A stretch of DNA of 64,000 nt from Eledone cirrhosa (Eukaryota). Shown here in pieces: positions 52,386 through 64,000 of this stretch. Below the pieces are notes generated by a model, which did no database searches, was not told where the DNA came from, and saw only the letters and a program-made list of their open reading frames with translations. A program made the position numbers and the translations under genes. The stretch lies in NCBI GenBank assembly GCA_964016885.1, contig OZ024741.1, forward strand, positions 335,172,001 through 335,236,000, given 5' to 3'. Position 1 is the stretch's first letter. Every line of letters begins with the position of its first letter.

Positions 52386-52420
52386 AATAATAATAACAAC
52401 AACAAGGATGATAATAATAA

Positions 52421-52458
<38 letters not shown>

Positions 52459-52824
52459 ATAAGTGGTGGTGGAAAAAGAAAGATAGATGGTAAAGGGAGA
52501 TGAAAAGAAACAATGTTGTTTGCGTTGTCGATTTAAACAAAGAACTGCACATAGTGAAACACTGCATCAATTAAGCTTTATAGACGCTCTCTAATAAATA
52601 TTCATCAATTGTCCACAGCTTTGTTTCTAGATGCTGCAAACACTTGCCACATAGCTATCAGAGCACCAGTGCATAATTAAAACCAACACACCGTTAACGT
52701 TTTTAAAAACTAAACTCTTTTTCTCATGTGCTCTCTCTCTCTCTCTCACTCTCTCTCTCTCTCTCTCACTCCTCTCTCTCTCTCATTTCTCTAACATATA
52801 TATATATATATATATACATATATA

Positions 52825-53016
52825 GGAAAAAGTATGACACCGACGGCAGAGCTCAAGCCATTTCGACGGCTATTTCTGGACAATAAATAGCCATCGAAAC
52901 AGCTTGAGCTCTGCCGTCGGGGTCATACTTTTTCCTATTTCCTACTCTACTACTCTAAGTATTGAGTACTCTGGTGCGTTATGGTCCATCTGGTTCCTTA
53001 CCACAATTCCTTTGTT
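52825..53016 (+). mobile_element. Hairpin+tail element with hammerhead 3' half (13490 family)
   Basis: 52822-52874 inverted to 52886-52938; GAA-ACAGC-ttgagctct-GCCGT-C-ggggtc; tail ttgagtac. Confidence 0.8.
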
Positions 53017-53163
53017 ATATATATATATACACACATACATATTCTTTTTTTTTCTCTATATCACTCTCTAACATTCTTTTTCTTTTCTTTAAATCCCTCT
53101 ATCTCTCTTTTTTCTCTTTTCCTATCCCCTTTTCTCTTAATTTTTCTTTCTCCCAAGTCCATC

Positions 53164-53230
<67 letters not shown>

Positions 53231-53377
53231 TCTCCCTCTTTCTCCCTCCCCATCACCTCCTTTCCTTTTTATCACTCTATCTTTTATCTCTCATTTCTCC
53301 CCATCATTTCCTTTTCTCTATAGCACTTTATATACCTTTCTTTCTCAATTTTCCCTCTTTCTCTCCTAATCCTCTCA

Positions 53378-53408
<31 letters not shown>

Positions 53409-53959
53409 TATCACACCCTTTCCTCTTTATCACTCTATCTCTTATCTGCCCATCTTCTCCCCCCCTCTCTCCTCATCACTCCTTTTTCTTTATATCACTC
53501 TATATATCTTTCTCTCTCTCAATCTCCCTCTCTTTCAATCCTTCCTTTCTCTCTCTTTCTCTCATAACACCCTTTTTTTCTTTATATCTCTCTATCTCTC
53601 CCATCTCTCCTACTCAGTCAATGTTATTGTTATTATTAACAAGCTACTGTTTTGTTTATTAATAAACAAAAGAAAAACCAACAAAAACAATAGCAATAAT
53701 AACAACAAAGTAGGGAAAAAAACAAACAAACATACAAAAATATATATAAATTTATAATTATTCAAAAATGAACACTTTTAATGGGAATCACTATTGAAAA
53801 TTAACAGAACCAGCAATAGAAGGACTGCTGTGAATTTTACTGTCATGAATGTTTGGCCATATATACAATGTTGTAGAGACTTTTACAATTAGGAATGGTT
53901 TGTCATATATATACTTATGTAGACATTTTAACATCAGAAATAGTTTGTCATATATATAT

Positions 53960-54245
53960 ATACTGCTGTAGACAATTTTAGAACCAGGAGTTGTTGGTAT
54001 ATATAGACTGTTGTAGACAATTTTAGAACCAGGAGTTGTTGGTATATATAGACTGTTGTAGACAATTTTAGAACCAGGAGTTGTTGGTATATATAGACTG
54101 TTGTAGACAATTTTAGAACCAGGAGTTGTTGGTATATATAGACTGTTGTAGACAATTTTAGAACCAGGAGTTGTTGGTATATATAGACTGTTGTAGACAA
54201 TTTTAGAACCAGGTGTTGTTGGTATATATAGACTGTTGTAGACAC
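53960..54245. repeat. 45-bp minisatellite, ~6.3 near-identical copies
   Basis: gactgttgtagacaattttagaaccaggagttgttggtatatata. Confidence 0.92.
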
Positions 54246-54294
54246 TTATAAAACATAAGAATATGCAAATTTAATTGGAAAAAACAAATAAATG

Positions 54295-54870
54295 TTATCG
54301 TTATCATCATCATCATCATCATCATTGTCATCACTATTTTTATTATTGTTATCGCCATCATTGTCATTGAACATCATCATTATTGTCATCACCTTCATCA
54401 TCATCATTGTCATCATCACCACCACCATCATCATCGTCATTGTCATCATCATCATTGTCATCGCCATCAACATTGTCATCACCATCATCATCATCAATGT
54501 TGTCATCACCACCACCACCACCATCCTCATCATTGTCATCATTGTTACCATCATCATCATAGTGATCATTGTCATCACTGCCATCAGCATTGTCATCATC
54601 ATCATCATCATTGTCACCATTGTCATCATTATTATCATCATTATCATTATTATCATCATAATCATCATAATTATCATCACCATTATCATCACCGTCACCA
54701 TCAATATCTTCACCATCATCAACATCATCATCGTCATCATTGCCATCAGCATTGTCATCTTCATCATCATCATCATCATCATTGTCATTGTTGTCATCAT
54801 CATTATCATCACCATCATCATTATCATCATCGTCACCATCAATATCTTCACCATCATCAACATCATCACT
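54295..54870. repeat. Degenerate (CAT)n array
   Basis: Visible. Confidence 0.92.
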
Positions 54871-55863
54871 ATACATATATTTTCCAAGGTGGCATGGATT
54901 AGATCGGTTGTCTACAGTCTGTGACCAAACAGGTCTGAGTTACTAACCTTCCTTAACCCATTCTCTATTTGACATGATTTCTATGATTGGATACCTTTCT
55001 TAGAGCCAACCATCTCACAGGGTGCACTACCACTTTACAGAGTGGACTGGGTGCATTTTATCATGTTACCAACACATCCAGATTGAAGGACCCTCTCAAA
55101 CCCCTAATGAAAATGTCTCCATTTGATTATCAAAAACTCTGCAACAGCACCTCTTCTCTCACCACATTTACTTTTAGTGGTACAGTGAAACAAAGTGTCT
55201 TGCTCAAGGACACAACACATTACATGGTCTGGAAATCGAAACTTCGACCTTACGTTTGTGTGTCCGACACCTTAACACATAGGCTATGCACCTTTACACT
55301 GATATTGTAACCTCAATAAAAACAGTTTTTGGCTCTTAAAAATATAGGGTGGTATGGTATGATCCCATAACTCCTGATGGAGTTGTAGGGGTGCTGCAAT
55401 GGCATATGGCATTTCTTGGGTATGTTAGCCTGGTGGAGCCCATTCCTCTCCACGTCTGAACAGAGCAGATCTTTTTCCAGAGAAGGATAGAAATTTAGAG
55501 AGAGGAAACGAGAAAGAGATATAGAGGAAGAATCTACCCCAGTACTTGACTGGTACTTCTTTATTGACCTTGAAAGGATGAAAGGCAAAGTTGATATAAA
55601 AATATGAACTGGATTAAACAAATTGTAAGTATGAAAGGCAAAGTTGGCCTTAGTGGGATTTGAAATCACAGTGAAGAGAGCTAAAACGAATACTGTAAAG
55701 CATTCTATTCAATATTAACTAACCAATTCCCCGCTGTTAAGAAAGATATGATGATTGCAAAGCAAATTTCTTAACCAAATTGCCATGCCTGTGCCCATAT
55801 ATATATATATATACATATAAGTGCATATACACATACATACACACTAACACACACATATATATA

Positions 55864-55940
<77 letters not shown>

Positions 55941-56394
55941 TATATATATATGTGTGTGTATATATATATATATATATGTAACCTAAAGACCTGAGAAAAT
56001 GTTTTAAATAACACAACACACCTTAAAATTTCCACTGAAGAAGCTGTCTGCTGCTAATTGTAGTTTCTTTCACCAGTTCTCGGTCTAACAATACATTGCA
56101 TTTGTTTTGTTTATATTTCTTTAAGTAATATATTAATGTAAAGTATATTCAGCTGCCCTGCATCTGCCTGGCTGTGTATATACTGTACAGTGTCACATAA
56201 AGATGGCAGAGCTAGGTAAACGTCAATATATCCCAATCCCAGTTAATCAAGGAATGTCTGGAAAACAACAGAAAACTGCACTAAAGTCACCTTTTTGTCC
56301 TTTTAGTTATTCAGAAATGTCTTGATGATATATGTTTAGACATGGTAATTGTTGGTCATTTGACTATAGTATTGCAGAGTAACATAGTGGACAG

Positions 56395-57050
56395 TATATA
56401 CATACATACATGCATACATATAGACATACATACATACACATATAGACATACATACACATATGCTTACACACAGACATTCATATATAAATGCATACATAGA
56501 TACACAGATAGTACACAGATAGACATACATACACACATACATATATTTACACACAGACATTCATACATACATGCATACACACATACATACATGCATACAT
56601 ATGTACATACATACACATGCTTACACACAGATATTCGTATATACATGCATACATACATGCATACATACTTACAAACATACACACACATATATAAACATAC
56701 ACACACACACACACATATGCTTACACACAGACATTCATACATGCATGCATACACACATTCATGCATATATACATACATACATGCATATATATATATATAG
56801 GCATACATACATTCATATATATATACATGTATCCATATCAACATGAATATATGCATACACACATATATATGCATTCACACATATTCATACATGCATAAAT
56901 ATACACATACATGCATGCACACATACATTCATACTTACATGAATATACACATACATGCATACACACATACATACATACATACATACATACATACATACAT
57001 ACATACATGCACACTCATACATATGCACATACATGCATATACATGTATAC
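56395..57050. repeat. Degenerate (CATA)n/(CA)n array
   Basis: Visible. Confidence 0.9.
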
Positions 57051-57162
57051 CAGGGGCAAAGTGTGCGTGCATGCGTTATAGAATCTTGAGTTGATCAATT
57101 GTGTCGGTTGAAGCAAGCAGAATTTTGGCTGCTTACTAAATCATAGACACATAAAAAGATAA

Positions 57163-57201
<39 letters not shown>

Positions 57202-57999
57202 TAGATAACACTACATGCGGCTTTGACCGCATTTAGAGGGAATGGGGGGAGGGGGGGTAAGGCTGCACAGCCCCATTTTTCACCATGGCGATTGGACTTC
57301 ATGCCCTGCTTTCCAGGTTACCCTTCGCCACTGATGTATATATGCATACACATAAACACATTCAAACACACATATACATGCATGCACACATACATACACA
57401 TACAATCATATGATCATACACACATATATACACACATCCATACCTTTTGTTTGTAGTAACTGTGTAAATATATGGATGAATAATTTCATTATATAAATAT
57501 TAATTAACAATATAGGTACAGCAGTTTGGGTTAAGAAGAAAGTCAATTAAATCAACTCCAGTATTTAACTGGTACTTTATTTGATTGACCTTAAATGGAT
57601 GAAAAGCAAATTTGACTTTGGTGTGATTTGAAATCAGAATGGAAAAAATAAAGCAAAGCATTTTGTCTGCTTTACTTATACAGCCAAACCACCACCCTAA
57701 ACACCAAAAGTTATTTTATTAAATAACTTTATTGTAAGAATTCAAGTCTTTTGTGGTTACGAAAATGAAAAAGGAAGGGAAAGGCAAAAGCTCTAGGGTC
57801 ACAGAAGAATGGGATGGGGGAGGGGAAGGGGAAGGGAGAGGGTGATGGGCTCTAGGCCTAGAGATTGGTGGTATTGGGGCTGCACCCCACGAACAAGACC
57901 GCAAAAGCATTTCTGCGAACAATGGCCAATGACACCCGCTGCAACAGCCACCCCACCTCGCAGGGCTCCTTCCTCAGACAGGCTGCTGATATAATATGT

Positions 58000-58425
58000 A
58001 CTAGACCTGAAAAATGACAAGCTCAAAAGAGCCACAGAATGTTATAATAAACCTTCAAAAGTGCGGGACTAGAGTTGTTGCTCAAAAATATTGTAATCAT
58101 TATCTATCATACACTCTGTGGCATCCTTTTATAAAAAAGAGACTCACAACAAACTCAAGGCGACACAATAGTTATTTTAGCTAATGTTCAATATCTCATA
58201 TTAGATGTTTAGTAATGAATAATACAAAATGCACTTAAACCGAATTCTATATTATAAATTCCCTTAAATAATTATCGTGTCGTCTTGAGTTCGTTATGAG
58301 TCTCTTTTTTATAAAAGGATTCCACAGAGTGTACGATAAATAATGATTACAATATTTTTGAGCAACAACTCTAGTCCCACACTTTCTGTGGCTCTTTTGA
58401 TCTTGTGCATTTTTCAGATCTAGTT
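58000..58425. repeat. Inverted repeat (~170-bp arms, ~85-bp spacer), MITE/foldback-like
   Basis: 58000-58180 inverted to 58264-58424. Confidence 0.8.
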
Positions 58426-59531
58426 TAATATTTTTTTAAAGCCAACGCTTGTAATAACTCTAGTTAAACATGATATATATTAATAATAAATTAGCGTTGT
58501 AATGTAATTAGATTATAATTGTTATTTTATAAATGATCTTATAAATATTATTGTAAGATGTATAAAAATATTTTCAGACTGTTAATATAAACAACTACAA
58601 AAAACAATCAATATTAAATAAATATATATTACATAATAATTGTTATAGTTGAATTAATAAAAATTAAATATTACATACAAATAGTCTAACATAATAATAA
58701 TAAAATAATCTAACATTAAACGAACAATAATATGGACAAATATACAAGTAAATATGATACAACCAATATTATAAGCATGTTATAACGACCTGAAAAAAAA
58801 ATAGTTAATATAAATTTTAAAAATCATATATAAATTAATAATATAACTTACCAAAACGAGAAAAATATTTTGGTGATAAACGACGAAATACAGGAGGAAG
58901 ATTCGAAAGCGAAACGATAAATAAACGTGCAAACAAAGTGGCGGATGCTTTTGAGCAACAATTACTCTCATTGGTTGATTAGCCAATAAGACGATACATT
59001 ACAAAAGATATTTGCCAGGGATCACCACGGCCAGCGAAACCCCTTGAATTTTTTTATTCACAAGCTACGCATATATGTCAGAACACGCAGACTTAAAACA
59101 TTCTGTTGGTAGTCACTGCGTGTCTAACAGATATATTTTGATAGATTCATTAATTTTCTTAAATCGCTCAGAATGTTTTATTATTTTAAGAACTGAACAA
59201 AACTCACCACGATGCTTTATTGAAAACAAATACAAGCAGCTGTGTAAATAACAATAGTAAACAGAAGCACACAGCAGAATGAAATACCAGGAGGGCAGAA
59301 TATTGTCAAGCATAGTCAGTACCTGAATACTGTAACAGTAGATTCTTAGCACTGTCTGTATATAATATTGGTTTAGACTGTATATACAACTTTTGACAAG
59401 GGTTTCATTTTCCTAAACTTTTAACAGCCTGTAATGATTTCGCAGAAAATATCTAAAAACAGGTTTGTTAATTCAAATGTTTGTAGTATCTTTATGATTG
59501 GATAAACTATTGTAAACATTTGCAGTATTAT

Positions 59532-61231
59532 CAGAAAGAGTTATAGCACAGTTGATTAGGGACCGGGTGAAAATAGACGAGATGCAATTTGGGTTTGTAC
59601 CAGGAAGAGGCACCACTGATGCCCTCTTCCTTGTGAGGCAGTTAGAGGAAAAGTACCTAGCTAAAAGTAAGCCACTCTACTTGGCATTTGTCGACCTTGA
59701 GAAAGCCTTTGACAGAGTTCCACGTGCTGTAATCTGGTGGGCTCTTAGAAAACTAGGAGTAGATGAATGGCTTGTGAAAGCGGTACAAGCCACGTATAGG
59801 GGAGCAGTCACCAAAGTTAGGATTAGCAATGAGTATAGTGAGGAATTTAGCGTACAGGTTGGGGTCCACCAGGGCTCTGTTCTTAGCCCTCTCCTGTTCA
59901 TCATAGTCCTGCAGGCAATAACGGAGGAGTTTAAGACCGGATGCTCATCGGAACTCCTGTATGCTGATGACCTTGCACTTATAGCTGAATCTATGGTAGA
60001 ACTAGAGAATAAATTCCAAACTTGGAAGCAGGGACTAGAAAGAAAGGGTCTCAAAGTCAACATGACAAAGACTAAGGTCCTTGTAAGTAGATGAGAAAAC
60101 AGAACCCAGATCCCCTCAGGGAAATGTCCTTGCTCAGTATGTAGGAAAGGTGTAGGTAGGAACTCCATTCTCTGCCCCAAATGCAAACAATGGGTACACA
60201 AGAGATGTAGCGGGATCTCAGGAAGCTTAATTAAGAATGTAGGCTTCACATGCAGCAGCTGTGCTGGGACAGCAAGCAGCAAACAGCCACAGGAAACAAG
60301 TACCACCAATCTCTGGGAGGGCTCTGTAGAAACAGTAGACAGCTTCTGCTACCTAGGTGACCGAATTAGCAGCGGAGGTGGGTGTTCAGAAAGTACAATA
60401 ACTAGGGTAAGAACGGGATGGAAGAAGTTTAGGGAACTACTACCACTGCTAGCTGCAAAAGGCTTCTCCCTCAGAATGAAAAGCAGACTGTATGATGCGT
60501 GTATCCGAACAACAATGTTGCATGGTAGTGAGACCTGGGCGCTGAAGGTGGAAGACTTACGTAGATTAGAGAGAAACGAAGCCTGCATGCTCCGATGGAT
60601 GTGTAACAGTAATATACGTGAACGACAAAGCATAAATGAATTGAGAGAGAGACTGAGCATAAGAGGAATCAAATGCTGTGTGCAGGAGAGGCGGTTGTGC
60701 TGGTATGGACATGTGATGCGTTTGAAGGATGCCAGCTGCATAAAAAGGTGCAGAGCACTAGAAGTTGATGGAAACCGCGGAGTGGGGAGACCCAAGATGA
60801 CCTGGGATGAGGTGATAAAAGCCGACCTTACCCAATTACACCTCTCAAAGGCAATGACACACGACCATGACCTCTGGCATCACGCAGTAATACAGAGTAC
60901 CCGACCTCCCATGGGTACAAGCTGAAGCATATAGACAATATGCCCCCACACCCCCCCACTGCAAGGTGGTCGTGGAGGTGCCACGGCAAAAAAGCACCCA
61001 GCCCACACTGTAAAGTGGACGTGTAGGCGCCACGAAAAAGCACCCAGCACTCACTGTAAATGAGGTTGGTGTTAGGAAGGGCATCCAGCTGTAGAAATCA
61101 AGCCAAATCAGTTCCTGTATGAGCAAGGCATGGCAGCCGACCAGACACTGCCCACAACAGGATAACCCGTCTAACCCATGCTAGCGGGGAAGAACGGACG
61201 TAAAACGGTGATGATGATGATGATGATGATC
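59532..61231 (+). mobile_element. 5'-truncated RTE LINE subfamily C inserted in the 115-bp tandem-unit MITE
   Basis: QFGF, FVDLEKAFD, YADD, stop at ~60092, PHD finger, FCYLG; (TGA)n tail; MITE units at 59428-59531 and 61234-61335. Confidence 0.95.
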
Positions 61232-61505
61232 ATGTAATGATTTCGCAGAAAATATCTAAAAACAGGTTTGTTAATTCAATTGTTTAAAATAGCTTTACTA
61301 CTGGACAGATCACTGTGAAAAGTTGCAGTATTAAAGTAGATACTTTAGTTTTCAATATGATGCAGTCATATTTTTTCAAGAACTAGAAATGTTTTCAACA
61401 CACTGTTGCATGTATGAGCATATTATTATAAACACACAAACACAGAGACACTTACAAAAATACACGCTCACAGACATACATGTTAGAAGCTTTTTTATGT
61501 AGTTT

Positions 61506-61942
61506 GTCATCACCCCTTCCTTCCTCAGTCATCTCTAGTGTGTGACGTCATCATCCCTTCCTTCCCCAGTCATCTCTAGTGGGTGACGCCATCACCCCTT
61601 CCTTCCTCAGTCATCTTTAGTGTGTGACGTCATCATCCCTTCCTTCCTCCGTCATCTCTAGTGTGTGACGTCATCACCCCTTCCTTCCTCAGTCATCTCT
61701 AGTGTGTGATGTCATCACCCCTTCCTTCCTCAGTCATCTCTAGTGTGTGACGTCATCATCCCTTCCTTCCTCAGTCATCTCTAGTGTGTGACGTCATCAT
61801 CCCTTCCTTCCTCAGTCATCTCTAGTGTGTGACGTCATCATCCCTTCCTTCCTCAGTCATCTCTAGTGTGTGACTTCATCACCCCTTCCTTCCTCAGTCA
61901 TCTCTAGTGTGTGACGTCATCACCCCTTCTTTCCTCAATCAT
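61506..61942. repeat. 41-bp minisatellite, ~10.6 copies, with TGACGTCA at unit junctions
   Basis: gtcatca(t/c)cccttccttcctcagtcatctctagtgtgtgac. Confidence 0.93.
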
Positions 61943-61999
61943 TGTGTGATAGAAGGATGGACAGATGGAAGTCACACAAATTTATATACAGATGCTTTT

Positions 62000-63420
62000 G
62001 CTAATGCGGTTTCACGTGATACAGGACGTTAAATGTTAAGGAGGCATCATCATAAATTATTTTCATGTTGTGAACCTTGCATCAGTAGTAAGCCTTCAAT
62101 GTCTTGTATTAGTAATGCCAATTTGATTCTTGTTTGGAGCCAATACACCTCCCTTGTCTAAACAAAGCCCTTGTTAAAGGCATGAATATCTTAGAATCTC
62201 ATTTCTTTGCCTTAATAAATTTAAGACTATAAGCTTATATCTAAGAATGTAATATGTATATATTCTTATTGATTCATTAATTTTGGCATTTTCCTTTTCC
62301 TTCCCCCACTTTATATTGAGGGGACTGCTGTTTGTTCTTATATACAATTTATGAACCAAATTTTGTCGTCTCATGAGATGCTTGAACTAAGGAGACACTT
62401 AATTGTGTTATTTCTGTTCTCTATTGATTTTGAGGCTTCTTCAGTGACTTAGTTGATTGATCTGCTGAATAACTTTTTGCTATTTATCCGTCGAGGTTTG
62501 TTCTGCTGAAACAAATAAATTATTATTATTGACATTTTCTTTGTAAAATTGAGTTCCTTCCACCTCGCTGTATCATGATTAATTCGTATAGACAGTCAAA
62601 TTACCTTAGCTAACGTTCCTCAACAGAATTCACAGCTACCACCACTACCACCACCACTACCCTCACCCATACCTCGACCCTGTTGTTTATAACAAACATT
62701 AATTCTAAGTATGTCATTTTTCTTCATAGATCAGACAAATTAATTTTACTTCGGTGACGATGATCATAGAAATGATAAATTGGTGATTGGTCAGCTGCAA
62801 TGGCTAAAATAGGCCCATAATCAACAAAATAATTGACTTTCAGGTCTTCAGGCTGTGGGGGAAACGAAAGTATAGTAGCACTTTATAAATAATGATTGCC
62901 CAACTGAAACCAAAACGATTCATTTTCTGATTAAGTATATATAACTCCACTACACTATATAAATCTATAATTTCATTTATGTTGTTTTATCATTCTTAGC
63001 TTTATATTTACTAAACCGATATATCATATTTGTCCATCATACACTTCTACTCTTAATCTGTTGACTGATTTTCAGTTCTTATCTGAAATACCAAAACAGT
63101 GAAAGCTCAAATTAAGGATTTGTCATTCTTGATCAAAATCTTGGAATTATTAATATTTTATTATCCATCTTAATGAGGTTTTAAATATTAGAAGACCAAT
63201 CCTTATTGACAAATAAGAACAATTTTTAGACGTTCTGTTAAAGGCTTTGGAATTTTTCACACATTTGATATAGATGATATCTAGGAAGATTTAGCAGCCT
63301 GATGGATAACCATCTGTGTGAAATGAAGACAAACTCTTGGATCTATACCCAAAATGAGAATTGTCAGCTTGATTCAATAGTGAGCTGTACACATTACATC
63401 ATTAGCTCTACTTTTTTTTA
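62000..63420 (-). pseudogene. Possible highly decayed Penelope-like RT + GIY-YIG endonuclease
   Basis: Minus-strand fragments in expected order: GIDPRVCLHFT, FLDII, DQSTKSLKK, AKINESIRI; all degenerate and stop-ridden. Confidence 0.35.
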
Positions 63421-64000
63421 CCTTTGTCTCTTAAACCGGAATCTCAGAGATTCATTTATCTAGGATGCAGGCATGGCTGTGTGTTAAAGAAGTTTGCATT
63501 GCAACTGTGTGTTTATGTTTGTTCCTAGTTTGGGAAGTTTCCTCTGCCTTGGGTCATACAATGCCTTATGAGTGAAATCTGCTAGACAGAAACTTCAACC
63601 TCAGCATATAACTAAGGTGTTGAACTTTCACTCATAGTATACTTGAGCAAAACACTTCATTTCATGTTGCTTTTGTGCACTCAACTGAAAATGAGGACCA
63701 TCAGTAGTAGCTGGGGTTAACATTGCAATGAACTGGTGCAATATGTTTTCAATATTAATTTATCTATTCAAATAGATTTGAATTTCTTAAATGAACCATT
63801 AATATTTAATACATCAAAAGGAGAAACAGATAAATTATTTAATTCAATTTATTTATTTTTCTATGTTAGAATTATTTTTGTATGAAACTCTGGAGGTAGA
63901 AGCAACAAATATGATAGAAATCAAAGAATGGTTTTATCCTTTATAACATTGATTTGTTACTAACATTCAATGGTAAAAACTTTAAGTCCTTCAGAAAGCA

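Noticed and set aside
53960-54245. CRISPR-like appearance of the 45-bp and 41-bp arrays
   Set aside because: Head-to-tail units with no unique spacers; eukaryotic context; no cas genes
54246-54924. Asp-, Met- or Ile-rich ORFs
   Set aside because: Trinucleotide repeat artefact

Overview
AT-rich, microsatellite-dense eukaryotic DNA; the SINE/RTE repertoire suggests a cephalopod such as Octopus (inference). I can support no host protein-coding gene; most long ORFs are simple-repeat artefacts. The window holds decayed RTE-clade LINEs of three subfamilies (all with a PHD-type Cys/His finger inside the RT), mariner relics, hAT- and piggyBac-like MITEs, several SINE families and minisatellites. The most notable signal is at least six sequence-unrelated families of short foldback elements at (TA)n tracts. 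They carry type-I hammerhead ribozyme cores (CTGATGA...GAAA...NUH), often as an inverted pair, with self-complementary stem III and a shared tail motif (TTGAGTAC/TTGAGTGT). This fits non-autonomous Penelope-like or retrozyme-type elements. Coordinates were read by eye and may be off by a few bases.
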